Source of the DNA: Eledone cirrhosa | Lineage: Eukaryota | Assembly: GCA_964016885.1 (NCBI GenBank) | Contig: OZ024740.1 | Location: 206,398,001-206,462,000, forward strand | Direction: 5' to 3' | DNA length: 64,000 nucleotides | Shown: piece by piece, positions 1 through 14,600 of the stretch | How positions within the stretch are numbered: the stretch's first letter is position 1 | How the letters are laid out: the number at the start of each line of letters is the position of its first letter | Notes under the pieces: generated by a model | Database searches by the model: none | What the model was told of the DNA's origin: nothing | Seen by the model: only the letters and a program-made list of their open reading frames with translations | Position numbers and translations under genes: made by a program

Positions 1-1379
1 AATAATTGTGATAGTAGGAAAGGTGATAGGAGTAGTATAACTAATTCTGATAGTGGGAAAGGTGATTGTAGTAGTATAATAACTAATTGTGATAGTGGGA
101 AAGGTGATGGTAGTAGTATAATAACTAATTGTGAAAGTGGGAAAGGTGATGGTAGTAGTATAATAACTAATTCTGATAGTGGGAAAGGTGATGGGAGTAG
201 TATAATAACTAATTGTGATAGTGGGAAAGGTGATGGGAGTAGTATAATAATTGTGATAGTGGGAAAGGTGATGGCAGTAGTATAATCACTAATTGTGATA
301 GTGGGAAAGGTGATGGGAGTAGTATAATAATTAATTGTGATAGCGGGAAAGGTGATGGTAGTGGTATAATAACTAATTGTGATAGTGGGAAAGGTGGTGG
401 TAGTAGTATAATAATTGTGATAGTGGGAAAGGTGGTGGTAGTAGTACAATAACTAATTGTGATAGTGGGAAAGGTGATGGTAGTAGTATAATAACTAATT
501 GTGATAGTGGGAAAGGTGATGGTAGTAGTATAATAATTGTGATAGTAGGAAATGTGATGGGAGTAGTATAATAACTAATTCTGATAGTGGGAAATGTGAT
601 TGTAGTAGTATAATAATTGTGATAGTGGGAAACATGATGGTAGTAGTATAATAACTAATTGAGATAGTGGGAAAGGTGATGGTAGTAGTATAATAACTAA
701 TTGTGATAGTGGGAAAGATGATGGTAGTAGTATAATAACTAATTGTGATGGTGGGAAACGTTATGGGAGTAGTATAATAATTGTGATAGTGGGAAAGACG
801 ATGGTGGTAGTGTAATAACTAATTGTGATAGTGGGAAAGGTGATTGTAGTAGTATAATAATTGTGATAGTAGGAAAGGTGATGGTAGTAGTATAATAACG
901 AATTGTGATAGTGGGAAAGGTGATTGTAGTAGTATAATAAGTAATTGTGATAGTGGGAAAGGTGATGGTAGTGGTATAATAACTAATTGTGATAGTGGGA
1001 AAGGTGGTGGTAGTAGTATAATAATTGTGATAGTGGGAAAGGTGGTGGTAGTAGTACAATAACTAATTGTGATAGTGGGAAAGGTGATGGTAGTAGTATA
1101 ATAACTAATTGTGATAGTGGGAAAGGTGGTGGTAGTAGTATAATAATTGTGATAGTGGGAAAGGTGGTGGTAGTAGTACAATAACTAATTGTGATAGTGG
1201 GAAAGGTGATGGTAGTAGTATAATAACTAATTGTGATAGTGGGAAAGGTGATGGTAGTAGTATAATAATTGTGATAGTGGGAAAGGTGGTGGTAGTAGTA
1301 CAATAACTAATTGTGATAGTGGGAAAGGTGATGGTAGTAGTATAATAACTAATTCTGATAGTGGGAAAGGTGATGGTAG

Positions 1380-4300
1380 TAGTATAATAACTAATTGTGA
1401 TAGTGGGAAACGTGATGGTAGTAGTATAATAAGTAATTGTGATAGTGGGAAACGTGATGGGAGTAGTATAATAACTAATTGTGATAGTGGGAAAGGTGAT
1501 GGTACTAGTATAATAACTAACTGTGAGAGTGGGAAAGGTGATGGGAGTAGTATAATAACTAATTGTGATAGTGGGAAAGGTGATGGTAGTAGTATAATAA
1601 CTAATTGTGATAGTGGGAAAGATGATGGTAGTAGTATAATAACTAATTGTGATAATTGGAAAGGTGATGGTAGTAGTATAATAACTAATTGTGATAGTGG
1701 GAAAGGTGGAGGTAGTAGTATAATAACTAATTGAGATAGTGGGAAAGGTGATGGGAGTAGTATAATAATTGTGATAGTGGGAAAGATGATGGTAGTAGTA
1801 TAATAACTAATTGTGATAGTGGGAAACGTGATGGTAGTAGTATAATAAGTAATTGTGATAGTGGGAAACGTGATGGGGGTAGTATAATAACTAATTCTGA
1901 TAGTGGGAAAGGTGATGGTAGTAGTATAATAACTAATTGTGATAGTGGGAAAGGTGATGGGAGTAGTATAATAACTAACTGTGAGAGTGGGAAAGGTGAT
2001 GGTAGTAGTATAATAACTAATTGTGATAGTGGGAAAGGTGATGGTAGTAGTATAATAATTGTGATAGTGGGAAAGGTGATGGTAGTAGTATAATAACTAA
2101 TTGTGATAGTGAGAAAGGTGATGGCAGTAGTACAATAACTAATTGTGATAGTGGGAAAGATGATGGGAGTAGTATAATAACTAATTGTGATAGTGGAAAG
2201 GTGATGGTAGTAGTACAATAACTAATTGTGATAGTGGGAAAGATGATGGGAGTAGTATAATAACTAATTGTGATAGTGGGAAAGGTGATGGTAGTAGTAT
2301 AATAATTGTGATAGTGGGAAAGGTGATGGTAGTAGTATAATAACTAATTGTGATAGTGAGAAAGGTGATGGTAGTAGTATAATAACTAATTGTGATAGTG
2401 GGAAAGGTGATGGTAGTAGTATAATAACTAATTGTGATAGTGGGAAAGGTGATGGTAGTAGTATAATAACTAATTGTGATAGTGGGAAAGGTGATGGTAG
2501 TAGTATAATAACTAATTGTGATAGTGAGAAAGGTGATGGGAGTAGTATAATAACTAATTGTGATAGTGGGAAAGGTGATGGGAGTAGTATAATAACTAAT
2601 TGTGATAGTGAGAAAGGTGGTGGTACTAGTATAATAACTAATTGTGATAGTGGGAAAGGTGATGGTACTAGTATAATAACTAACTGTGAGAGTGGGAAAG
2701 GTGATGGGAGTAGTATAATAACTAATTGTGATAGTGGGAAAGGTGATGGTAGTAGTATAATAACTAATTGTGATAGTGGGAAAGATGATGGTAATAGTAT
2801 AATAACTAATTGTGATAATGGGAAAGGTGATGGTAGTAGTATAATAACTAATTGTGATAGTGGGAAAGGTGGAGGTAGTAGTATAATAACTAATTGAGAT
2901 AGTGGGAAAGGTGATGGGAGTAGTATAATAATTGTGATAGTGGGAAAGATGATGGTAGTAGTATAATAACTAATTGTGATAGTGGGAAAGGTGATGGTAG
3001 TAGTATAATAACTAATTGAGATAGTGGGAAAGGTGATGGTAGTAGTATAATAATTGTGATAGTGGAAAAGGTGCTGGGAGTAGTATAATAACTAATTGTG
3101 ATAGTGGGAAAGGTGATGGGAGTAGTATAACTAATTCTGATAGTGGCAAAGGTGATTGTAGTAGTATAATAACTAATTGTGATAGTGGGAAAGGTGATGG
3201 TAGTAGTATAATAACTAATTGTGATAGTGGGAAAGGTGATGGGAGTAGTATAATAACTAATTCTGATAGTGGGAAAGGTGATGGGAGTAGTATAATAACT
3301 AATTGTGATAGTGGGAAAGGTGATGGGAGTAGTATAATAATTGTGATAGTGGGAAAGGTGATGGTAGTAGTATAATCACTAATGGTGATAGTGGGAAAGG
3401 TGATGGGAGTAGTATAATAATTAATTGTGATAGCGGGAAAGGTGATGGTAGTGGTATAATATCTAATTGTGATAGTGGGAAAGGTGGTGGTAGTAGTATA
3501 ATAACTAATTGTGATAGTGGGAAACGTGATGGTAGTAGTATAATAAGTAATTGTGATAGTGGGAAACGTGATGGGAGTAGTATAATAACTAATTGTGATA
3601 GTGGGAAAGGTGATGGTACTAGTATAATAACTAACTGTGAGAGTGGGAAAGGTGATGGGAGTAGTATAATAACTAATTGTGATAGTGGGAAAGGTGATGG
3701 TAGTAGTATAATAACTAATTGTGATAGTGGGAAAGATGATGGTAGTAGTATAATAACTAATTGTGATAATTGGAAAGGTGATGGTAGTAGTATAATAACT
3801 AATTGTGATAGTGGGAAAGGTGGAGGTAGTAGTATAATAACTAATTGAGATAGTGGGAAAGGTGATGGGAGTAGTATAATAATTGTGATAGTGGGAAAGA
3901 TGATGGTAGTAGTATAATAACTAATTGTGATAGTGGGAAACGTGATGGTAGTAGTATAATAAGTAATTGTGATAGTGGGAAACGTGATGGGGGTAGTATA
4001 ATAACTAATTCTGATAGTGGGAAAGGTGATGGTAGTAGTATAATAACTAATTGTGATAGTGGGAAAGGTGATGGGAGTAGTATAATAACTAACTGTGAGA
4101 GTGGGAAAGGTGATGGTAGTAGTATAATAACTAATTGTGATAGTGGGAAAGGTGATGGTAGTAGTATAATAATTGTGATAGTGGGAAAGGTGATGGTAGT
4201 AGTATAATAACTAATTGTGATAGTGAGAAAGGTGATGGCAGTAGTACAATAACTAATTGTGATAGTGGGAAAGATGATGGGAGTAGTATAATAACTAATT

Positions 4301-5608
4301 GTGATAGTGGAAAGGTGATGGTAGTAGTACAATAACTAATTGTGATAGTGGGAAAGATGATGGGAGTAGTATAATAACTAATTGTGATAGTGGGAAAGGT
4401 GATGGTAGTAGTATAATAATTGTGATAGTGGGAAAGGTGATGGTAGTAGTATAATAACTAATTGTGATAGTGAGAAAGGTGATGGTAGTAGTATAATAAC
4501 TAATTGTGATAGTGGGAAAGGTGATGGTAGTAGTATAATAACTAATTGTGATAGTGGGAAAGGTGATGGTAGTAGTATAATAACTAATTGTGATAGTGGG
4601 AAAGGTGATGGTAGTAGTATAATAACTAATTGTGATAGTGAGAAAGGTGATGGGAGTAGTATAATAACTAATTGTGATAGTGGGAAAGGTGATGGGAGTA
4701 GTATAATAACTAATTGTGATAGTGAGAAAGGTGGTGGTACTAGTATAATAACTAATTGTGATAGTGGGAAAGGTGATGGTACTAGTATAATAACTAACTG
4801 TGAGAGTGGGAAAGGTGATGGGAGTAGTATAATAACTAATTGTGATAGTGGGAAAGGTGATGGTAGTAGTATAATAACTAATTGTGATAGTGGGAAAGAT
4901 GATGGTAATAGTATAATAACTAATTGTGATAATGGGAAAGGTGATGGTAGTAGTATAATAACTAATTGTGATAGTGGGAAAGGTGGAGGTAGTAGTATAA
5001 TAACTAATTGAGATAGTGGGAAAGGTGATGGGAGTAGTATAATAATTGTGATAGTGGGAAAGATGATGGTAGTAGTATAATAACTAATTGTGATAGTGGG
5101 AAAGGTGATGGTAGTAGTATAATAACTAATTGAGATAGTGGGAAAGGTGATGGTAGTAGTATAATAATTGTGATAGTGGAAAAGGTGCTGGGAGTAGTAT
5201 AATAACTAATTGTGATAGTGGGAAAGGTGATGGGAGTAGTATAACTAATTCTGATAGTGGCAAAGGTGATTGTAGTAGTATAATAACTAATTGTGATAGT
5301 GGGAAAGGTGATGGTAGTAGTATAATAACTAATTGTGATAGTGGGAAAGGTGATGGGAGTAGTATAATAACTAATTCTGATAGTGGGAAAGGTGATGGGA
5401 GTAGTATAATAACTAATTGTGATAGTGGGAAAGGTGATGGGAGTAGTATAATAATTGTGATAGTGGGAAAGGTGATGGTAGTAGTATAATCACTAATGGT
5501 GATAGTGGGAAAGGTGATGGGAGTAGTATAATAATTAATTGTGATAGCGGGAAAGGTGATGGTAGTGGTATAATATCTAATTGTGATAGTGGGAAAGGTG
5601 GTGGTAGT
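1380..5608. repeat. Higher-order tandem duplication within the satellite, period 2114 bp (2 copies)
   Basis: Identical ORFs 1727..2218 and 3841..4332; rare variants recur at +2114 (ctaattgtgatagtgggaaacgtgat at 1391/3505; atctaatt at 3461/5575). Ends approximate. Confidence 0.9.
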
Positions 5609-8600
5609 AGTATAATAATTGTGATAGTGGGAAAGGTGGTGGTAGTAGTATAATAACTAATTGTGATAGTGGGAAAGGTGATGGTAGTAGTATAATAACT
5701 AATTGTGATAGTGGGAAAGGTCATTGTAGTAGTATAATAAATAATTGTGATAGTGGGAAAGGTAATGGGAGTAGTATAATAACTAATTGTGATAGTGGGA
5801 AAGGTGCTGGGAGTAGTATAATAACTAATTGTGATAGTGGGAAAGGTGATGGTAGTAGTATAATAATTGTGATAGTGGGAAAGGTGATGGTAGTAGTATA
5901 ATAACTAATTGTGATAGTGAGAAAGGTGATGGCAGTAGTACAATAACTAATTGTGATAGTGGGAAAGATGATGGGAGTAGTATAATAACTGATTGTGATA
6001 GTGGAAAGGTGATGGTAGTAGTACAATAACTAATTGTGATAGTGGGAAAGATGATGGGAGTAGTATAATAACTAATTGTGATAGTGCAAAGGTGATGGTA
6101 GTAGTACAATAACTAATTGTGATAGTGGGAAAGATGATGGGAGTAGTATAATAACTAATTGTGATAGTGGAAAAGGTGATGGTAGTAGTATAATAACTAA
6201 TTGTGATAGTGGAAAGGTGATGGCAGTAGTACAATAACTAATTGTGATAGTGGGAAAGATGATGGGAGTAGTATAATAACTAATTGTGATAGTGGAAAGG
6301 TGATGGTAGTAGTACAATAACTAATTGTGATAGTGGGAAAGATGATGGGAGTAGTATAATAACTAATTGTGATAGTGGAAAAGGTGATGGTAGTAGTATA
6401 ATAACTAATTGTGATAGTGGAAAGGTGATGGTAGTAGTACAATAACTAATTGTTATAGTGGGAAAGGTGATGGGAGTAGTATAATAATTGTGATAGTGGG
6501 AAAGGTGATGGTAGTAGTATAATAATTGTGATAGTGGGAAAGGTGATTGTAGTAGTATAATAATTGTGATAGTGGGAAAGGTGATGGTAGTAGTATAATA
6601 ACTAATTGTGATAGTGAGAAAGGTGATGGTAGTAGTACAATAACTAATTGTGGTAGTGGGAAAGGTGATGGGAGTAGTACAATAACTAACTGTGAGAGTG
6701 CGAAAGGTGATGGTAGTAGTACAATAACTAATTGTGATAGTGGGAAAGGTGATGGGAGTAGTATAATAACTAATTGTGATAGTGGGAAAGGTGATGGTAG
6801 TAGTATAATAACTAATTGTGATAGTGGGAAAGGTGATGGGAGTAGTATAATAACTAATTGTGATAGGGGGAAAGGTGATGGTAGTAGTATAATAACTAAC
6901 TGTGAGAGTGGGAAAGGTGATGGTAGTAGTATAATAACTAATTGTGATAGTGGGAAAGGTGATGGTAGTAGTATAATAACTAATTGTGATAATGGGAAAG
7001 GTGATGGTAGTAGTACAATAACTAATTGTGATAGTGGGAAAGGTGATGGTAGTAGTATAATAATTGTGATAGTGGGAAAGGTGATGGTAGTAGTATAATA
7101 ACTAATTGTGATAGTGAGAAAGGTGATGGCAGTAGTACAATAACTAATTGTGATAGTGGGAAAGATGATGGGAGTAGTATAATAACTAATTGTGATAGTG
7201 GGAAAGATGATGGGAGTAGTATAATAACTAATTGTGATAGTGCAAAAGGTGATGGAAGTAGTAGGTGATGGTAGTAGTATAATAATTGTGATAGTGGGAA
7301 AGGTGGTGGTAGTAGTATAATAATTGTGATAGTGGAAAAGGTGATGATAGTAGTATAATAATTGTGATAGTGGAAAAGGTGATGGTAGTAGTATAATAAT
7401 TGTGATAGTGGGAAAGGTGCTGGGAGTAGTATAATAATTGTGATAGTAGGAAAGGTGATAGGAGTAGTATAACTAATTCTGATAGTGAGAAAGGTGATTG
7501 TAGTAGTATAATAACTAATTGTGATAGTGGGAAAGGTGATGGTAGTAGTATAATAACTAATTGTGATAGTGGGAAAGGTGATGGGAGTAGTATAATAACT
7601 AATTCTGATAGTGGGAAAGGTGATGGGACTAGTATAATAATTGTGATAGTGGGAAAGTTGATGGCAGTAGTATAATCACTAATTGTGATAGTGGGAAAGG
7701 TGATGGGAGTAGTATAATAATTAATTGTGATAGCGGGAAAGGTGATGGTAGTGGTATAATAACTAATTGTGATAGTGGGAAAGGTGGTGGTAGTAGTATA
7801 ATAATTGTGATAGTGGGAAAGGTGGTGGTAGTAGTATAATAACTAATTGTGATAGTGGGAAAGGTGATGGTAGTAGTATAATAACTAATTGTGATAGTGG
7901 GAAAGGTAATGGTAGTAGTATAATAATTGTGATAGTAGGAAAGGTGATGGGAGTAGTATAATAACTAATTCTGATAGTGGGAAATGTGATGGTAGTAGTA
8001 TAATAATTGTGATAGTGGGAAACATGATGGTAGTAGTATAATAACTAATTGAGATAGTGGGAAAGGTGATGGTAGTAGTATAATAACTAATTGTGATAGT
8101 GGGAAAGATGATGGTAGTAGTATAATAACTAATTGTGATGGTGGGAAACGTTATGGGAGTAGTATAATAATTGTGATAGTGGGAAAGATGATGGTGGTAG
8201 TGTAATAACTAATTGTGATAGTGGGAAAAGTGATGGTAGTAATATAATAACTAATTGTGATAGTGGGAAAGGTGATGGTAGTAGTATAATAATTGTGATA
8301 GTAGGAAAGGTGATGGTAGTAGTATAATAACGAATTGTGATAGTGGGAAAGGTGATTGTAGTAGTATAATAAGTAATTGTGATAGTGGGAAAGGTAATGG
8401 TAGAGTTATAATAACTAATTGTGATAGTGGAAAAGGTGATGGTAGTAGTATAATAATTGTGATAGTGGAAAAGGTGATGGTAGTACTATAATAACTAATT
8501 GTGATAGTGGGAAAGGTAATGGTAGAGTTATAATAACTAATTGTGATAGTGGAAAAGGTGATGGTAGTAGTATAATAATTGTGATAGTGGAAAAGGTGAT

Positions 8601-11600
8601 GGTAGTAGTATAATAACTAATTGTGATAGTGGGAAAGGTGATGGTAGTAGTATAATAACTAATTGTGATAGTGGGAAAGGTGATGGTAGTAGTATAATAA
8701 CTAATTGTGATAGTGGGAAAGGTGATGGGAGTAGTATAATAACTAATTGTGAAAGGTGGTGGTAGTAGTATAATAATTGTGATAGTGGAAAAGGTGATGG
8801 TAGTAGTATAATATATTGTGATAGTGGAAAAGGTGATGGTAGTAGTATAATAATTGTGATAGTGGGAAAGGTGGTGGTAGTAGTATAACTAATTGTGATA
8901 GTGCAAAAGGTGATGGAAGTAGTAGGTGATGGTAGTAGTATAATATATGTGATAGTGGGAAAGATGATGGGAGTAGTATAATAACTAATTGTGATAGTGG
9001 GAAAGATGATGGGAGTAGTATAATAACTAATTGTGATAGTGCAAAAGGTGATGGAAGTAGTAGGTGATGGTAGTAGTATAATAATTGTGATAGTGGGAAA
9101 GGTGATGGTAGTAGTATAATAACTAATTGTGATAGTGGGAAAGGTGATGGTAGTAGTATAATAATTGTGATAGTGGGAAAGGTGATGGTAGTAGTATAAT
9201 AACTAATTGTGATAGTGAGAAAGGTGATGGCAGTAGTACAATAACTAATTGTGATAGTGGGAAAGATGATGGGAGTAGTATAATAACTAATTGTGATAGT
9301 GGGAAAGATGATGGGAGTAGTATAATAACTAATTGTGATAGTGCAAAAGGTGATGGAAGTAGTAGGTGATGGTAGTAGTATAATAATTGTGATAGTGGGA
9401 AAGGTGGTGGTAGTAGTATAATAATTGTGATAGTGGAAAAGGTGATGGTAGAAGTATAATAATTGTGATAGTGGAAAAGGTGATGGTAGTAATATAATAA
9501 TTGTGATAGTGGGAAAGGTGCTGGGAGTAGTATAATAATTGTGATAGTAGGAAAGGTGATAGGAGTAGTATAACTAATTCTGATAGTGGGAAAGGTGATT
9601 GTAGTAGTATAATAACTAATTGTGATAGTGGGAAAGGTGATGGTAGTAGTATAATAACTAATTGTGAAAGTGGGAAAGGTGATGGTAGTAGTATAATAAC
9701 TAATTCTGATAGTGGGAAAGGTGATGGGAGTAGTATAATAACTAATTGTGATAGTGGGAAAGGTGATGGGAGTAGTATAATAATTGTGATAGTGGGAAAG
9801 GTGATGGCAGTAGTATAATCACTAATTGTGATAGTGGGAAAGGTGATGGGAGTAGTATAATAATTAATTGTGATAGCGGGAAAGGTGATGGTAGTGGTAT
9901 AATAACTAATTGTGATAGTGGGAAAGGTGGTGGTAGTAGTATAATAATTGTGATAGTGGGAAAGGTGGTGGTAGTAGTACAATAACTAATTGTGATAGTG
10001 GGAAAGGTGATGGTAGTAGTATAATAACTAATTGTGATAGTGGGAAAGGTGATGGTAGTAGTATAATAATTGTGATAGTAGGAAATGTGATGGGAGTAGT
10101 ATAATAACTAATTCTGATAGTGGGAAATGTGATTGTAGTAGTATAATAATTGTGATAGTGGGAAACATGATGGTAGTAGTATAATAACTAATTGAGATAG
10201 TGGGAAAGGTGATGGTAGTAGTATAATAACTAATTGTGATAGTGGGAAAGATGATGGTAGTAGTATAATAACTAATTGTGATGGTGGGAAACGTTATGGG
10301 AGTAGTATAATAATTGTGATAGTGGGAAAGACGATGGTGGTAGTGTAATAACTAATTGTGATAGTGGGAAAGGTGATTGTAGTAGTATAATAATTGTGAT
10401 AGTAGGAAAGGTGATGGTAGTAGTATAATAACGAATTGTGATAGTGGGAAAGGTGATTGTAGTAGTATAATAAGTAATTGTGATAGTGGGAAAGGTGATG
10501 GTAGTGGTATAATAACTAATTGTGATAGTGGGAAAGGTGGTGGTAGTAGTATAATAATTGTGATAGTGGGAAAGGTGGTGGTAGTAGTACAATAACTAAT
10601 TGTGATAGTGGGAAAGGTGATGGTAGTAGTATAATAACTAATTGTGATAGTGGGAAAGGTGATGGTAGTAGTATAATAATTGTGATAGTAGGAAATGTGA
10701 TGGGAGTAGTATAATAACTAATTCTGATAGTGGGAAATGTGATTGTAGTAGTATAATAATTGTGATAGTGGGAAACATGATGGTAGTAGTATAATAACTA
10801 ATTGAGATAGTGGGAAAGGTGATGGTAGTAGTATAATAACTAATTGTGATAGTGGGAAAGATGATGGTAGTAGTATAATAACTAATTGTGATGGTGGGAA
10901 ACGTTATGGGAGTAGTATAATAATTGTGATAGTGGGAAAGACGATGGTGGTAGTGTAATAACTAATTGTGATAGTGGGAAAGGTGATTGTAGTAGTATAA
11001 TAATTGTGATAGTAGGAAAGGTGATAGTAGTAGTATAATAACGAATTGTGATAGTGGGAAAGGTGATTGTAGTAGTATAATAAGTAATTGTGATAGTGGG
11101 AAAGGTAATGGTAGAGTTATAATAACTAATTGTGATAGTGGAAAAGGTGATGGTAGTAGTATAATAATTGTGATAGTGGAAAAGGTGATGGTAGTAGTAT
11201 AATAACTAATTGTGATAGTGGGAAAGGTGATGGTAGTAGTATAATAACTAATTGTGATAGTGGGAAAGGTGATGGGAGTAGTATAATAACTAATTGTGAA
11301 AGGTGGTGGTAGTAGTATAATAATTGTGATAGTGGGAAAGGTGGTGGTAGTAGTATAATAATTGTGATAGTGGAAAAGGTGATGGTAGTAGTATAATAAT
11401 TGTGATAGTGGAAAAGGTGATGGTAGTAGTATAATAATTGTGATAGTGGAAAAGGTGATGGTAGTAGTATAATAATTGTGATAGTGGGAAAGGTGGTGGT
11501 AGTAGTATAATAATTGTGATAGTGGGAAAGGTGGTGGTAGTAGTATAATAATTCTGATAGTGGAAAAGGTGATGGTAGTAGTATAATATATTGTGATAGT

Positions 11601-14600
11601 GGAAAAGGTGATGGTAGTAGTATAATAATTGTGATAGTGGGAAAGGTGGTGGTAGTAGTATAATAATTGTGATAGTGGGAAAGGTGGTGGTAGTAGTATA
11701 ATAATTGTGATAGTGGAAAAGGTGATGGTAGTAGTATAATAATTGTGATAGTGGAAAAGGTGATGGTAGTAGTATAATAATTGTGATAGTGGGAAAGGTG
11801 ATGGTAGTAGTATAATAACTAATTGTGATAGTGGGAAAGGTGATGGGAGTAGTATAATAACTAATTGTGATAGTGGGAAAGATGATGGGAGTTGTATAAT
11901 AACTAATTGTGAGAGTGGGAAAGGTGATGGTAGTAGTATAATAACTAATTGTGATAGTGGGAAAAGTGATGGTAGTAGTATAATAAATGTGATAGTGGGA
12001 AAGGTGATGGTAGTAGTATAATAACTAATTGTGATAGTGAGAAAGGTGATGGTAGTAGTACAATAACTAATTGTGATAGTGGGAAAGATGATGGGAGTAG
12101 TATAATAACTAATTGTGATAGTGGGAAGGTCATGGTAGTAGTATCATAACTAATTGTGATAGTGGGAAAGGTGATGGGAGTAGTATAATAATTCTGATAG
12201 TGGGAAAGGTGATGGCAGTAGTATAATAACTAATTGTGAGAGTGGGAAAGGTGATGGTAGTAGTATAATAACTAATTGTGATAGTGGGAAAGGTGATGGT
12301 AGTAGTATAATAAATAATTGTGATAGTGAGAAAGGTGATGGTAGTAGTATAATAACTAATTGTGATAGTGGGAAAGGTGATGGTAGTGGTATAATAAGTA
12401 ATTGTGAAAGTGGGAAAGGTGATGGGAGTAGTATAATAACTAATTGTGATAGTGGGAAAGGTGATGGTAGTGGTATAATAAGTAATTGTGAAAGTGGGAA
12501 AGGTGATGGTAGTAGTATAATAACTAATTGTGATAGTGGGAAAGGTGATGGTAGTAGTATAATAAGTAATTGTGATAGTGGGAAAGGTGATGGTAGTGGT
12601 ATAATAAGTAATTGTGAAAGTGGGAAAGGTGATGGTAGTAGTATAATAACTAATTGTGATAGTGGGAAAGGTGATGGTAGTGGTATAATAAGTAATTGTG
12701 ATAGTGGGAAAGGTGATGGTAGTGGTATAATAAGTAATTGTGAAAGTGGGAAAGGTGATGGTAGTAGTATAATTACTAATTGTGATAGTGGGAAAGGTGA
12801 TGGGAGTAGTATAATAACTAATTGTGATAGTGGGAAAGGTGATGGTAGTGGTATAATAAGTAATTGTGAAAGTGGGAAAGGTGATGGTAGTAGTATAATA
12901 ACTAATTGTGATAGTGGGAAAGGTGATGGGAGTAGTATAATAACTAATTGTGATAGTGGGAAAGGTGATGGTACTAGTATAATAATTGTGATAGTGGGAA
13001 AGGTGATGGTAGTAGTATAATAACTAATTGTGATAGTGGGAAACATGATGGGAGTAGTATAATAACTAATTGTGATATTGGGAAAGGTGATGGGAGTAGT
13101 ATAATAACTAATTGTGATAGTGGGAAAGGTGATGGTAGTAGTATATTAACTAATTGTGATAGTAGGAAAGGTGATGGTAGTAGTATAATAATTGTGATAG
13201 TGGGAAAGATAATGGTAGAGGTATAATAACTAATTGTGATAGTGGGAAAGGTGATGGTAGTAGTATAATAATTAATTGTGATAGTGGGGAAAGGTGATGG
13301 GAGTAGTATAATAATTAATTGTGATAGTGGGAAAGGTGATGGGTCTAGTATAATAACTAATTGTGATAGTGGGAAAGGTGATGGTAGTAGTATAATAATT
13401 GTGATAGTGGGAAAGATGATGGTAGTAGTATAATAACTAATTGTGAAAGTGGGAAAGGTGATGGTACTAGTATAATAACTAATTCTGATAGTGGGAAAGG
13501 TGTTGGTAGTAGTATAATAACAAATTGTGATAGTGGGAAAGGTGATGGTAGTAGTATAATAACTAATTGTGATAGTGGGAAAGGTGATGGTAGTAGTATA
13601 ATAATTGTGATAGTAGGAAAGGTGATGGGAGTAGTATAATAATTGTGATAGTTGTAAAGGTGATGGTAGTAGTATAATAACTAATTGTGATAGTGGGAAG
13701 GGTGATGGGAGTAGTATAATAACTAATTGTGATAGTGGGAAAGGTGATGGGAGTAGTATAATAACTAATTGTGATAGTGGGAGAGGTGATGGGAGTAGTA
13801 TAATAATTGTGATAGTGGGAAAGGTGATGGTAGTAGTATAATAACTAATTGTGATAGTGGGCAAGGTGATGGTAGTAGTATAATAACTAATTGTGATAGT
13901 GGGAAAGGTCATGGTAGTAGTATAATAACTAATTGTGATAGTGGGAAAGGTCATGGTAGTAGTATAATAACTAATTTTGATAGTGGAAGGTCATGGTAGT
14001 AGTATAATAACTAATTGGGATAGTGGGAAAGGTGATGGTAGTAGTATAATAACTAATTGTGATAGTGGGAAAGGTGATGGTAGTAGTATAATAACTAATT
14101 GTGATAGTTGGAAAGGTGATGGTAGTAGTATAATAACTAATTGTGATAGTGGGAAAGGTGATGGTAGTAGTATAATAACTAATTGTGATAGTGGGAAATA
14201 TGATGGGAGTAGTATAATAACTAATTGTGATAGTGGGAAATATGATGGGAGTAGTATAATAACTAATTGTGATAGTGGGAAATATGATGGGAGTAGTATA
14301 CTAACTACTTGTGATAGTGGGAAAGGTGATGGTAGTAGTATAATAACTAATCGTGATAGTGGGAAAGATGATGGGAGTAGTATAATAATTGTGATAGTGG
14401 GAAACATGATGGTAGTAGTATAATAACTAATTGTGATAGTGGGAAAGGTGATGGTAGTAGTATAATAACTAATTGTAATAGTGGGAAAGGTGATGGTAGT
14501 AGTATAATAACTAATTGTGATAGTGGGAAAGGTGATGGTAGTAGTATAATAACTAATCGTGATAGTGGGAAAGGTGATGGGAGTAGTATAATAACTAATT

